Notes under the pieces: generated by a model
Databases searched by the model: none
The model's input: the letters and a program-made list of their open reading frames with translations, nothing else
Told to the model about the DNA's origin: nothing
Shown here: positions 38,441-50,655 of the stretch, piece after piece
How the letters are laid out: each line of letters starts with the position of its first letter
Position numbering within the stretch: position 1 is the stretch's first letter
NCBI RefSeq assembly: GCF_036365525.1
Contig: NC_090374.1
Location: 102,077,682-102,141,681, forward strand
Source: Heterodontus francisci
Lineage: Eukaryota
Length of the DNA stretch: 64,000 nucleotides
Reading direction: 5' to 3'
Made by a program: the position numbers and the translations under genes

Positions 38441-38786
38441 GATTAGAGATACAGCACTGAAACAGGCCCTTCGGCCCACCGAGTCTGTGCTGAACATCAA
38501 CCACCCATTTATACTAATCCTACACTAATCCCATATTCCTACCAAACATCCCCACCTGTCCCTATATTTCCCTACCACCTACCTATACTAGTGACAATTT
38601 ATAATGGCCAATTTACCTATCAACCTGCAAGTCTTTTGGCTTGTGGGAGGAAACCGGAGCACCCGGAGAAAACCCACGCAGACACAGGGAGAACTTGCAA
38701 ACTCCACACAGGCAGTACCCGGAATCGAACCCAGGTCCCTGGAGCTATGAGGCTGCGGTGCTAACCACTGCGCCACTGTGCCGCCC
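38441..38786 (-). mobile_element. Full-length V-SINE (HE1-like) with CR1-derived tail
   Basis: GGGCGGCACAGTGGCGCAGTGG (A box), GGTTCGATTCC (B box), V-domain TGTGTGGAGTTTGCA...GGGTGCTCCGGTTTCCTCCCACA, tail GGGCCGAAGGGCCTGTTTC. Confidence 0.9.
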
Positions 38787-39070
38787 ACAGCAACCTCCGG
38801 AGCCGACCTGTCTGAACAACAGCCCCATAAACCAATTAATTTTTATTGCTACCTCTTACTGAGGTCACACAGGATATTTCAATGTGTGTGTTTATCTTCC
38901 AAGCCCCTGACAACAGAGATTCTATACTAACGGAGACCTTGAAATGTTTATCTCTACCATCTTAAAGGGAAACGGCAGTGAGCTCTGAAAACTAACCATT
39001 TATTCAATCTTTAACTCTAAAGGCATAATACACTAACTATTTCCAAATTCTACTTAATCAAGCCTATTAT

Positions 39071-42000
39071 AGAACAAAGAACAAAGAACAGTACAGCACA
39101 GGAACAGGCCATCCAGCCCTCCAAGCCTGCGCCGATCTTGATGCCTGCCGAAACTAACACCTTCTGTACTTCCAGGGCCCATATCCCTCTATTCCCTACC
39201 TATTCATATATTTGCCAAGATGGCTCTTAAACGTCGCTATCGTATCTGCTTCCACCACCTCCCCTGGCACTCACCACCCTCTGTGTAAAAAACTTGCCTC
39301 GCACATCCCCTCTAAACTTTGCCCCTTGCACCTTAAACCTATGTCCCCTAGTAACTAACTCTTCCACCCTGGGAAAAAGCTTCTGACTATCCACTCTGTC
39401 CATGCCGCTCATAACTTTGTAAACCTCTATCATGTCGCCCCTCCACCTCCGTCGTTCCAGTGAAAACAATCCGAGATTTTCCAACGTCTCCTCATAGCTA
39501 ATGCCCTCCAGACCAGGCAACATCCTGGTAAACCTCCTCTGTACCCTCTCCAAAGCCTCCACGTCCTTCAGGTAGTGTGGCGACCAGAATTGCACGCAAT
39601 ATTCTAAGTGTGGCCTAACTAAGGTTCTGTACAGCTGCAACATGACTTGCCAATTTTTATACTCTATGCCACCTGCGTTGCCACTTTCAGTGATCTCTCT
39701 GCCTGTCAATACTCCTAAGGGTTCTGCCATTTACCTCCCACCTGCATTAGACCTTCCAAAATGCATTACCTCACATTTGTCCGGATTAAACTCCATCTGC
39801 CGTTTCTCCGCCCAAGTCTCCAACCGATCTATATCCTGCTGTATCCTCTGACAATCCTCACCACTATCTGCAACTCCACCAACCTTTGTGTCGTCTGCAA
39901 ACTTACGAGTCAGACCAGCTACATTTTCCTCCAAAATCATTTATATATACTACAAACAGCAAAGATCCCAGCACTGATCCCTGCGGAACACCATTAGTCA
40001 CATCCGTCCATTCAGAAAAACACCCATCCATTGTTACCCTCTGTCTTCTGTGACTGAACCAGTTCTGTATCCATCCTGCCAGCTCACCTCTGATCCCATG
40101 TGACTTCACCTTTTGTACCAGTCTGCCATGCGGGACCTTGTCAAAGGCTTTACTAAAGTCCAAATAGACAACATCCACCGCCCTTTCCTCATCAATCATC
40201 TTCGTCACTTCCTCAAAAAACTCAATCAAATTAGTAAGACACGACCTCCCCTTCACAAAACCATGCTGTCTCTCGCTAATAAGTTTGTTTGTTTCCAAAT
40301 GGGAGTAAATCCTGTCCCGAATAATCCTCTCCAATAGTTTCCCTACCACTGATGTAAGGCTCACCGGCCTATAATTTCCTGGATTATCCTTACCACCCTT
40401 CTTAAACAAAGGAACAACATTGGCTATTCTCCAGTCCTCTGGGACCTCACCTGTAGCCAATGAGGATGCAAAGATTTCTGTCAAGGCCCCAGCAATTTCT
40501 TCCCTTGCCTCCCTCAGTATTCTAGGGTAGATCCCATCAGGCCCTGGGGACTTATCTACCTTAATGCTTTGCAAGACACTCAACACCTCCTCCTTTTTGA
40601 TAATGAGATGACTGAGACTATCTGCACTCCCTTCCCTCGGCTTATCATCCACCAAGTCCTACTCCTTGGTGAATACTGATGTAAAGTACTCATTTCGCAC
40701 CTCACCCATTTCCTCTGGCTCCACGCATAGATTCCCATCTCTGTCCTTGAGTGGGCCAACCCTTTCCCTGGTTACCCTCTTGGTCTTTATATATGTATAA
40801 AAAGCCTTGGGATTTTCCTTAATCCTGTTTGCCAATGACTTTTCATGACCCCTTTTAGCCCTCCTAACTCCTTGCTTAAGTTCCTTCCTACTGTCGTTAT
40901 ATTCCTCAAGTGTTTCATCTGTTCCTCGCCTTCCAGCCCTTACAAATGCTTCCTTTTTCTTTTTGACTAGGCTCACAATATCCCGTGTTATCCAAGCTTC
41001 CCGAAACTTGCCAAACTTGTCTTTCTTCCTCACAGGAACATGCTGGTCCTGGATTCTAATCAGCTGACGTTTGAAAGACTCCCACATGTCAGCTGTTGAT
41101 TTACCCTCAAACAGCCGCCCCCAATCTAAATTCTTCAGTTCCTGCCTAATATTGTTATAATTAGCCTTCCCCCAATTTAGCACCTTCACCCGAGGACTAC
41201 TCTTATCCTTATCCACAAGTACCTTAAAACTTATGAAATTATGATCACTGCTCCCGAAATCTCCCCCACTGAAACTTCGACCACCTGGCCGGGCTCATTC
41301 TCCAATACCAGGTCCAGAATGGCCCCATCCCTAGTAGGACTATCTACATACTGTTTCAAGAAGCCCTCCTGGATGCTCCTCACAAATTCTGCCCCATCCA
41401 AGCCCCTAGCACTAAGTCCCAGTCAATATTGGGGAAGTTAAAATCACCCACTACTACAAACCTGTTACCTTTACATCTTTCCAAAATCTGTCTACATATC
41501 TGCTCCTCTACCTCCCGCTGGCTGTTGGGAGGCCTGTAGTAAACCCCCAACATCGTGACTGCACCCTTCCTATTCCTGAGCTCCACCCATATTGCCTCGC
41601 TGCATGACCTCTCTGAGGTGTGCTCCCGCAGTACAGCTGTGATATTCTCCTTAACCAGTAATGTAACTCCCCCACCCTTTTTACATCCCCCTCTATCCCG
41701 CCTGAAGCTTCTAAAGCCTGGAACATTTAGCTGCCAATCCTGCCCTTCCCTCAACCAAGTCTCTGTAATAGCAACAACATCATATTTCCAAGTACTAATC
41801 CAAGCTCTAAGTTCATCTGCCTTACCTGTTATACTTCTCACATTGAAACAAATGCACTTCAGACCACCAGTCCCGCTGTGCTCAGCAACATCTCCCTGCC
41901 TGCTCTTCCTCTTAGTCCTACTGGCCTTATTTACTATGTCCTCCTCATTTACTTCACTAGCTGTCCTACTGCTCTGGTTCCCACCCCCCTGCCACACTAG

Positions 42001-42385
42001 TTTAAACCCTCCCGAGTGACGCTAGCAAATCTTGCAGCCAGGATATTAGTGCCCCTCCAGTTTAGATGCAACCCGTCCTTCTTGTACAGGTCCCATCTGT
42101 CCCTGAAGAGAGCCCAATGGTCCAGATATCTGAAACCCTCCCATCGACACCAGCTGCTCAGCCACGTGTTTCTATTTCTAGCCTCACTGGCACGTGGCAC
42201 AGGGAGTAATCCAGAGATTACAACCCTAGAGGTCCTGTTTTTTAACTTACTACCTAACTCCCTAAACTCCCCCTGCAGGACCTCATCACTCTTCCTGCCT
42301 ATGTCATTGGTACCGATGTGTACCACAGCCTCTGGCTGTTCACCCTCCCCCTTCAGAATGCCCTCTGTCCGTTCAGAGACATCCT
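39071..42385 (-). mobile_element. CR1 LINE, 5'-truncated within ORF1, with disrupted ORF2
   Basis: ORF1 esterase (HIGTND, DGLHLN...EGLN*), ORF2 pieces at 41997-39227, (TTCTTTG)n tail. Confidence 0.93.
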
Positions 42386-42406
42386 GTATACCTACATTCT
42401 GTCACA

Positions 42407-43615
42407 AGGAGGATTGATGAGGGTAGTGCAGTTGATGTGACCTACATGGATTTTAGCAAGGCTTTTGACAGGGTCCCACATGGTAGACTGGGGAAAAAAA
42501 ATAAAAGCTCATGAGATCCAGGGAAATGTAGCAAGCTGGATACAAAATTGGCTCAGTGGCAGAATACAAAGGGTAATTGTTAAAGGATGTTTTTGCGACT
42601 AGAAGGCTGTTTCCAGTGGTGTTCCATAGGGCTCTGTAATAGGTCCCCTGCTTTTTATGCTATATATTAACAACTTGGACGTAAATAAAGGGGGAATGAT
42701 CAAGAAGTTTGCAGTTGACACAAAAATTGGCCACATGGTTGATAGCGAGACGGATAGCTATAGACTGCAGGAAAATATCAATGGATTGGTCAGGTGGGCA
42801 GAAAAGTGGCAAATGGAATTTCACCCAGAGAAGTATGAGGTGATGCACTTGGGGAGGTCAAAAAAGGCAAAGGAATACATGATAAATGGGAGGATAGTTA
42901 GAAGTGTAGAGGAAGTGAGGGACCTTGGAGTTTATGTCCACAGATTCTTGAAGGTAGCAGGATCAGTCGATAAGGTAGTTAAGAAGGGATATGGAATCCT
43001 TTCATTTATTAGCCAAGACATAGAATATAAGAGTAGGGAGGTTATGCTGGAACTATATAAAACATTAGTTAGGCCACAACTTGAGTACTGTGTGCAGTTC
43101 TGATCGTCTCATTACAGAAAGGATGTAATTGCACTAGAGAGGGTACAGAGGAAATTTACGAGGATGTTGCCAGGACTGGAAAATTGCAGCTATGAGGAAA
43201 GACTGAATAGGCTGTGGTTGTTCTCCTTGCAACAGAGAAGGCTGAGGGGAGATTTGACTGAGTTGTACAAAATTGTGAGGGGCCTGGATAGGGCCCATTT
43301 ACCTAAGCAGTGGGGCCAGTGACCAGGGGCACAGATTTAAAGTGATTGGTAGAAGGATTAGAGGGGAGATGAGGAAAGATCTTTTCACCCAGAGGATGGT
43401 GGGGGTCTGGAACTCACTGCCAGAAAGGGTGATAGAGCCAGAAAACCTCATCTCATTTAAAAGGTGCCTGGATGTGCACCTGAAGTGCCATAACCTGCAG
43501 GGCTACAGACCAAATGTTGGAAAGTGGGATTAGGCTGGCTGGCTCTTTCTATCAGCCACATAGACATGATGGGCCAAGTGACCTTTTCTGTGCCATAAAC
43601 TTTCTACGATTCCTA
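42407..43615 (+). mobile_element. Old CR1, downstream segment
   Basis: [32 protein letters not shown], 3' UTR. Confidence 0.88.
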
Positions 43616-43726
43616 TTGTGGTTCATCTGATTGTAAACCAGAAACTTGTAACTGCAAGTCACTGTCTGTAATGGGAAATGCAGGGTTTTAGAATAGAATG
43701 TGTCAGTTTTATGGCAAATGATCAAT

Positions 43727-43827
43727 TTCTGTTCTGATGAAAGGTCACAGACCTGCAACATTAACTCTGTTTTTCTCTCCACAGATGCTGCCAGACCTGC
43801 TGAGTATTTCCAGCACTTTTTGTTTTG
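43727..43827 (+). mobile_element. Short Penelope-derived terminal repeat with a degenerate hammerhead ribozyme core
   Basis: CTGATGA-A-AGGTC-ACA-GACCT-GCAAC followed by ACAGATGCTGCCAGACCTGCTGAG; homologous to 52603-52700. Confidence 0.65.
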
Positions 43828-45872
43828 AATTCATAAGGTGTCATAGCTCCTCTGTAACTTTGCAGGTGTTGATGCATTTTCCATCTGGTTTGTGTCAACT
43901 TATTGTTATTTCTTGAACAGTATTATCAACTTCAAAACATTGAATTAATTGTTTGCATTAATTAATAACATTACTGGCTTACAGAGGTCAGTTAGAAATG
44001 TTCAGTGCATGCTACTGGAGCTCTGCAAAATTGTGTCCTCCTTATTTGCAATAATGCCTTTGAGCAATTGCCATCTAACATTGCTGTTAAAATATACCTG
44101 ATGCTGTATCATGGTCCATCTAAAATAAATTACCATAGATCATAGCGTATAAGTCAACCCAGCCTATAAAACGAACCCATTTTTCTGTCCCGACAAATCA
44201 TGTTTTTGCATATACTCGCGTATAAGTCGACCCCACTTTTCAGCCACGATTTGCTATACTCACATTAGTATCCAGCCTCAATTTTTTGTCCCACAAATGC
44301 ATGTTTTATTTACCTTATAACTGGGCACAAGGGATCAAGCAGGCAATATGGGCTGTATTGTGAAGATGCACAGGAGTTTAAGATATGCCCACACAAGGCA
44401 GACACCGCAAAGAGAAATATGTTCTCCAGCAAAACGAATGAAGTAAGAAGCTGGTTTCAAGCTAAAAGTTAGAACATTTGCTAACATAACCGTGCTACAG
44501 CGAGGGAATTCGGTGATAGTGAAAAACTGGTGCGAGAATGGAAGAAGGTATCCACCCTGAAGAAGATGCCCAAGATCAAATGCACCATGAGAACGGGGAC
44601 CGGTCACTGGCCTGATCTTGAGAAGCATGTATTGGAATGGGTCCTCGAAAATCATCAGAATGGTTACATTGTCACCAGAAATGCAAGGCCTATATAGGCA
44701 TTTAAGTGAGCCAAATCAAACCCTGAGTCTAGCAAAGATTTCAGAGCCACAGCTAGTTGGGGTGCCGCTTTATGGAATGAAAATATCTAGTGTTGCAGCA
44801 GAAGATAAAGATTGCTCAGAGACTACCAAAATACCTTGATGCCAAAATTACCAGTTTTCAGCAATTCATCATCAGACAGCAGCAAAAACATGAGTACCCA
44901 TTATACCACAATGGCAACATGGATGAAACACCCATGAATTTCAATATGCCCAGCAACCAAACTGTGGAGTGGCAAGGTTCGAAAACAGTTCTAGTGTAAA
45001 CTACAAGATATGAGAAGACAAGATTCACGATTGGACTAGCCTGCATGGTCATGGAATGAAATTAAAGTCCATGGTAATTTTCAAACGTAAAACCATGCTG
45101 AACATCAAGTTCCCTGCAGGAGTTTTTGTGCATGTCCATGGCAATGGTTGGATGGATGAGGATGGAGTGAAGTTATGGATTGACAGTGTATGGAATAGGT
45201 GTCCAACACGGTGGCCTATGTAAAGAATACAGCTTATTCGTGTGGGACGTGTTCAGATCCCATATAACCGATGAGAATAAGAAGTGCCTGTGAAAAAGTA
45301 ACAACCATATTGCAGTTATACCAGGGAGTCTAATGTCCGTAGTTCAACCTTTGGGTTTGTGTCTGAACAAGCCATTCACGCCAAATGGAATAGGTCGATG
45401 GTTGACGGAGAAGAAACCTTCATAAAGAGTGGAAATATGCACGCTGCCCCATTTGATACTTTGTGCGCTTTCGTCATCAAATCGTGAGATGCTAATAGTG
45501 CACAAACTGTCATCAGATCTTTCAAAAAGTGAGGAATATCCAATTCAATAGATGGAGATGAAGATGATTTGTTGTGGAGGGATGATTTTGAAATTGAAAG
45601 CGCCACATCTGATCCAAAGTGGGATCCTTACAATTTTGCCATAGCCAAAGTGACTTAGAATGAATTCGATGAACTCTTTGTGTTGGATGCCAAAGACAAT
45701 TAATTTGGCGGGTTTTAAAATGTTTTGATTGTGGTTAAAGGTATCTTTATAGAATTAATTTATTCAATAAACCATGCCATATTGATTTGATATGAACTAC
45801 CAGTGTTATTTGTTTCACATTTCAAAATGACGATCACCCACACCCACACCCACACCGGCGGATCACATTTTA

Positions 45873-46026
45873 TTTATTTTTTATTCGTTCTTGGGATGTG
45901 AGCATTGTTGGGTAGGCCTGCATTTATTGCTCATCCCTAATTGCCCTTGAGAAAGTGGTGGTGAGCCACCTTCTTAAACCACTGCAGTCCATCTGGTGTA
46001 GGTACACCCATAGTGCTGTTAAGGAC
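45873..46026 (-). mobile_element. 3' end of the same LINE family as 2970-6221
   Basis: GCATTTATTGCTCATCCCTAATTGCCCTTGAGAAAG matches 3007-3042; A-rich tail. Confidence 0.88.
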
Positions 46027-46027
46027 T

Positions 46028-47501
46028 GCCGGCGGGAGCCCCTGGGAGAGTTCTCTTTGCTTTGTGAAGGGCAGGGTGCCCTGGAATGGGTTTGCCCCAA
46101 GACAGGGGCCTGTGCCTTGGAAAGCGTCGCTGTTATGACCAGCTGAGAAAGGGGTCTAGGGGTCCCTCTCAGCCTTCACTTCGTTTTACCGTAACAAGGT
46201 TTAATTTTTAAAACACCTTGTTTTTAGCTCCCCCTTGGTGAATCTTTGTTCACTGCTTTCCAATTGTAAGGCAAAGAAACCAGCCAAACAGGTTTTCTTA
46301 GGTTTAAAGAAGAAAAGTTGAAATTTATTATCCTAAACTCTATTTCAGTTGCCGCTTACAGATACGCGACGCGCCCACGCTAGCATGCACACGTGATACA
46401 CACATGCAGATAGAGACAGAAAAGAGTAGAAGAAATAAAGTGGAAAAGTTTGAGGCAATAGCTGAAGATGGTTTTGGTTACTGTTCTTAGAGCTTGCTGT
46501 AGAGTCCCTGATTGTAAGTAGGTCTTGCTTTTCGTTGGGGCCCTGTATTCTTCTTAAACCTTGTTCAATGTAGGAGACTTTTCTCTCTTGAGGTTCACGT
46601 GTCTTCCGTGGATTTGGAGTTCCATGAGAAAGAGATGAGAGCAGACAGGAGAGGTCTTCTCAGTCTAGGAGCAAACAGTCTTTCTGAGTTCAAACTCTTT
46701 GCGGCTAGTTCAAAAAAAACCCCTGGACCAGTCAGTTAGTCATTTGACCAGCTGGTTTAACCAGTCCTGGCTTTTGTGGGTTGTATCACCTCTCTGGAAT
46801 GCTGTTCTTTACACCTTCAATGTCTGGTAATCAAAATCCATTGTGGGTTAAGTGAACTAGGGAATAGCCCTTTGTCTCCACGAGCACTGTCTGTTAGTAT
46901 GCAAATATCTTTCCAGCCAAGTGTCTGGTGATTTTTTAACAAGTCCTTTCTTCACTCCAGCAACAGTTTAAAATCAATGTTCACATGACAAAATTAATAT
47001 GCCTCATTCTTGGCAGGTGGGGCCTGCATGACAGTCTCAGTTCCGGCAGCGTCCAGTGTCCTCTCACTGGCCCTTGAAAATCCAGGGGAGATGGTCAAAG
47101 TCTCACACCGGTCCATCCCCATATCCATAGCAGGTCTCCAAGGTGAACAGCCTCTGGCATGTTGAAACAATGTAGGTAAGGGAAGTCAGCAAGTCAGATC
47201 CGTAACTTCGGGATAAGGATTGGATCTAAGGGCTGGGTCGGTTGGGCTGAGGTGTGAAGCAGGTCTGGGCACGTGCCGCGGCTGGACGAGGCACCGTCCT
47301 CTGGGGTGATGGCAATGCTGGGCATGCGCCAGGCCCTTCCTGTGCATCGCCACAGCTGCGGTGCCCATCGGCCGCCGGGCAGGCGAGAGGCCTTGGCCGG
47401 CGCCTAGCAGCTGACTTAGAGCTGGCATAAACCAGGGGAATCCTACTGTTTAATTAAAACAAAGCATCACAAAGGCCGCAGGCAGCTGTTGATGTGATGC
47501 A
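46028..47501 (+). pseudogene. 28S rRNA pseudogene fragment (46028-46130 and 47034-47501), split by a solo LTR
   Basis: Recognisable LSU sequence: GCCGGCGGGAGCCCC..GAGAGTTCTCTTT, GCAGGTCTCCAAGGTGAACAGCCTCT, GATCCGTAACTTCGGGATAAGGATTGG, CTGTTTAATTAAAACAAAGCAT. CpG-decayed. Confidence 0.93.
46131..47033 (-). mobile_element. Solo LTR (903 bp) inserted in the 28S fragment
   Basis: TGTTATG...CATGACA termini; 5-bp TSD GTCGC/GTCTC; the 28S sequence rejoins across it. Strand is tentative, from AATAAA/ATTAAA on minus. Confidence 0.85.
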
Positions 47502-47931
47502 ATCACATTTTACACTCGCCGTTTAAGTCAACCCCCGTTTTTCGAACAATATTTGGAGAATTCAAAGATTGACTTATTAGCTGTGATCCACGGTGCATTT
47601 GCTACAATAAGCAATTGTAAATTTAACTACGTGTTGTTCTGCAGCTATGGTGCAGCTGTGTGTAACCTGACCACATGATGTAATTCCACTGTGGAGCTGC
47701 AGTGGGTGCATAAGGGTGACCTTCATTTATGACCCTGCTGGAGTATCCAAGGTCAGACAGAGGTCACCTTATTTACAGAACAGTGGGCATCTGCCAGAAG
47801 AGGGGAGGTGGGAAAAGCAACAATGGTCAGCTGCTCACTTGCCAGCTTATTATTGCCAACCACTCAGCCCCCTTTGTCCTTGTCCCGTATCCTTATTACA
47901 AACCATAGACAGCTAAATATATTGGTACATT

Positions 47932-48795
47932 GGGCTAGAAATTGGTCCGTGCTGTTTTTTGGGCACAGGGGTCGCAATTCACAACCTGATCATGCCTGTT
48001 GAGGTGAAGGTAGGCTGCAGACACATTTGAAGCCTAGAAGAGAGCAAGTCTCATGCTGCTGGCTGCCTGAGTGCTCAGCTGGGAGCCAGCATATAGTGCA
48101 GCTTTTAAAGGCAATCTTTCCCTCTTAATGGGAAGCTGCACTGAATTACAGGAAGCGGCTGCTGAGTACTATTGCTGCAATTGTGAATAAGGAAAATGGA
48201 ATGCCAGGGGAAGGGGTGGGCTCCAAGTTCACAGATGCAGTGCTGGAGGCCTTAGTGGTGGATGGGGACAGGAGGAGAGATGCCATGGTTCCATAGTGGG
48301 CCAGGAGGCCCTCAAGAACCACCCTCAGCAGCGATTGGGGGCAGGTGGCAAGACAGGTCAATTCCTGGCACCTGGACCAAGGACCTGTCAGCAGTGCCAC
48401 AGCAAGTCTAATGACCTCATCTGGGTGGCCAAATCAGTGAATGCATCTTCACATGACATCTCCTAGCCACCATAACACCAGCCTCTCATGCAGTTCAATG
48501 CACCACACCCTCATCACTCACCTTTCAGCACTCCCTGGCACTCAGGACTTAAGCATAACATCCAGATACTCCACTTCACCCTCATACACATTCCAATTAT
48601 GCCAGCCTCATGCCCAGCTCCTGCTGCTTCCACATACTTCTAGCTGTTCATCCATGGTAGGCACATCACCCAAGCATAGTGCTACACAATCACTGATATT
48701 CCGCCTTCATTCCTGCAGGACAAGGCAGCACACCATAGAGGGGAGCAGAGCAGAATGCCTTGCATCTCCTGAGGAGATGTTTCTCTGCATCAAGA
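47932..48795 (+). mobile_element. PIF/Harbinger remnant with a decayed Myb/SANT-like gene (resumes at about 52552-52600)
   Basis: KFTDAVLEALV...RRRDAM, W..VA..VN, QC..K.NDL-like remnants; acceptor CCTGCAG then DKAAH; GGGCTAGAAATTG end. Confidence 0.7.
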
Positions 48796-48855
48796 TGAAA
48801 GAGTGGAAATGCACTCAGCATATTTGGCAGAATTATAGGTTCCGTGCATGTGACT

Positions 48856-48987
48856 GCAGACACAGCAGCATTGTGGGTACTGTGTATGGCAGATACAGCA
48901 GCATTGTGGGGACTGTGTACGGCAGACACAGCAGCATTGTGTGTACTGTGTACGGCAGACACAGCAGCATTGTGGGTAATGTGTACG
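48856..48987. repeat. Four 33-bp tandem repeats in the ERV U3
   Basis: GCAGACACAGCAGCATTGTGGGTACTGTGTACG x4, with no spacers. Confidence 0.92.
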
Positions 48988-49183
48988 TGACTGTCGGCAC
49001 GTTGTGGTTTCAACCTTTATCAACGCTGATGTCTGTGAGACTTGCTGAGAAGTGCTGCTGCACTCTGGAATGAGGAGTGTGCAAGACTTCTCCCTTGCAA
49101 TTAAAAAATAAATGGTACACTGTTACCTCTACCAGACAGTGTGGTGAGTCGTTAATTGATTTTAATTGATTTCCATCAACATT

Positions 49184-49201
49184 TTGCGTAGTCGGCAGGA
49201 T
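49184..49201 (+). promoter_or_regulatory. Primer-binding site, tRNA-Ser
   Basis: TTGCGTAGTCGGCAGGAT versus TGGCGTAGTCGGCAGGAT, the complement of the tRNA-Ser(AGA) 3' end; 2 nt after the LTR. Confidence 0.88.
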
Positions 49202-49227
49202 TCACCTGGAGAGTCAGGAACGCAGAC

Positions 49228-50655
49228 ATGATGGGACAACAGCAGCAATGAGTATCAACCATTCTTGTTAAGTTGTGGGAATACCTGGGTGTTAGGTGGA
49301 CCTGGGAAGAATCCGGGCTTTTGTAGTCATGATGGAATTGGTGCCCCAGTGGGGCCCAGAGGACTCACTCATCAAAATAGTCATAGAAAAGCTAAAGAAC
49401 ATCAATGAGAAAACGGTTAAAGACGGGTCGGATCTGGAGTCTGAACCAGTCGAACAGAAGGAGTGGTGGCAAGGACAGAAAAAGGATAAAGATGATAAGG
49501 CAGTTATCATAGTAGTTAACAGGTATTCTAAGGTACTCAAAACGAGTCCAGGAAAAGGTTAAAGAACTTGACTTAAGGTGCAAGGACCTGGAATCTAAGT
49601 GCGATACTTTGAAGGACCAGTTAAGTAGACGAGGATTAGGAACAATGGGGAATGATGGCAAGGAAGGATTGGTACCACCCCCTTCGTACGGAGAAGTGTC
49701 CCAACCTCCTCCACTAGCACCCGTGGAGGACCACGGGCATGGCCTGGCGGACACGGTTCCACTTGCCTATGCACGAACTCCCCTGGACGGGGACAAATGC
49801 GGGTCTCATACACACCATTTACGGCAAGTGATAAGCAATTGATCCTTAAGGACCTCCCAACGTTGAAGCCAAAACATGGCAATGCCGAGTTCTGGCGGAA
49901 GTTGGAGAAAATGATTGACATCCACGGGATGCATGGTCGGGACATTCACATGTTGGTAAGGGCAAAGTGTCCTCAAGAACGTTGGACTAAAATGCCGGAT
50001 CAAATCCTGAATGCGCACTGGATCCCGGGTCTGGGGGATACGGCAGCAGAACAACGAACCGCTTTTTACCCATTTAAGCAGGATATGCAAAATACAATGG
50101 GTCTGATCCCGTGTAATTGGGGAGCGATTACCTTGATCAGGCAAAAGAAGGGAGAGTCATTGATTGAATACAGGGACCAGTTGTGGACTGCCTACCAGGA
50201 GTATTCGAGTCAGGTTTATCCAGTCAAGACCAACCCCACATTCCTTAAAATGTTTAAGGAAGGGCTAAGTTCGGATCACCAGGCAGTCCTGAAGACCGGC
50301 CTGATGATTTCGCAGACTTGCGAGGACTTGATTAACTGGGTGAGTCAGGTAGACACACACAAGCTGGGGGAGGTGTCAGTAGTAGTGGACACTTTTCAGA
50401 AAGGAAACAGGCAGTCTGAAAATGCAGCCCCGAAAGGTGAGTGTTGAAGTGCGCAACTGCCGAGCCCCGAGGGAAGGGGACAAAAGGATAACGTGCAGTA
50501 GCTGTCATAAGGCTGGACATACTAAGGCAGGTTACTGGTCCAAAGGCAGAGGGAAAGAAGGTAAGGAACCAAAGCAACAGGGAAAAGCTAAGCCAATAGA
50601 CCAGAATAAGCAACAACAGCTCCTCCAGTTGGTGAAGGCACTAATAGACGAATAG
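49228..50655 (+). pseudogene. gag: ERV gag (frameshifted)
   Basis: MMGQQ start, PPPSY late-domain-like motif, MHR-like RQKKGESLIEYRDQL, decayed knuckle CSSCHKAGH. Confidence 0.75.

Larger units (their letters stand above)
37623..42406. mobile_element. Probable solo-LTR-like insertion (about 1.1 kb of own sequence) splitting the CR1; itself hosts a SINE and a CR1
   Basis: The host CR1 rejoins (GAAGTAACAAGG|AGGATTGATGAGGG) with ACAAGG on both sides. Internal TGTAGG (37650)...CCTACA (42396) inverted ends. Non-coding; exact termini ambiguous. Confidence 0.55.
44133..47593 (+). mobile_element. Decayed pogo (Tc1/mariner superfamily, POGK-like) DNA transposon with nested insertions
   Basis: TIRs CCATAGATCATAGCGTATAAGTCAA and reverse-complement CCGTGGATCACAGCTAATAAGTCAA, flanked by TA/TG. 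Transposase remnants: WPDLEKHVLEWV, GNMDETPMNFNMP, NGWMDE, WDVFRSH, IPGSLMSVVQPL, SFKK*GI. Confidence 0.88.

Noticed and set aside
38700-38786. tRNA gene
   Set aside because: It is the tRNA-derived head of a SINE, continuing into the V-domain and CR1 tail; the heads at 6130-6221 and 32365 are likewise element-associated.
44440-45720. Domesticated POGK gene
   Set aside because: Heavily disrupted, bounded by TIRs, no KRAB exon.
46028-47501. Functional rRNA gene
   Set aside because: Partial, CpG-decayed, interrupted by an LTR and not within an rDNA unit.
48856-48987. CRISPR-like 33-bp repeats
   Set aside because: Head-to-tail with no spacers, inside a retroviral LTR, eukaryotic context, no cas genes.
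48441-49073. 210-aa ORF with 11-aa repeats
   Set aside because: Runs through a Harbinger intron into LTR tandem repeats; no coherent coding signal.
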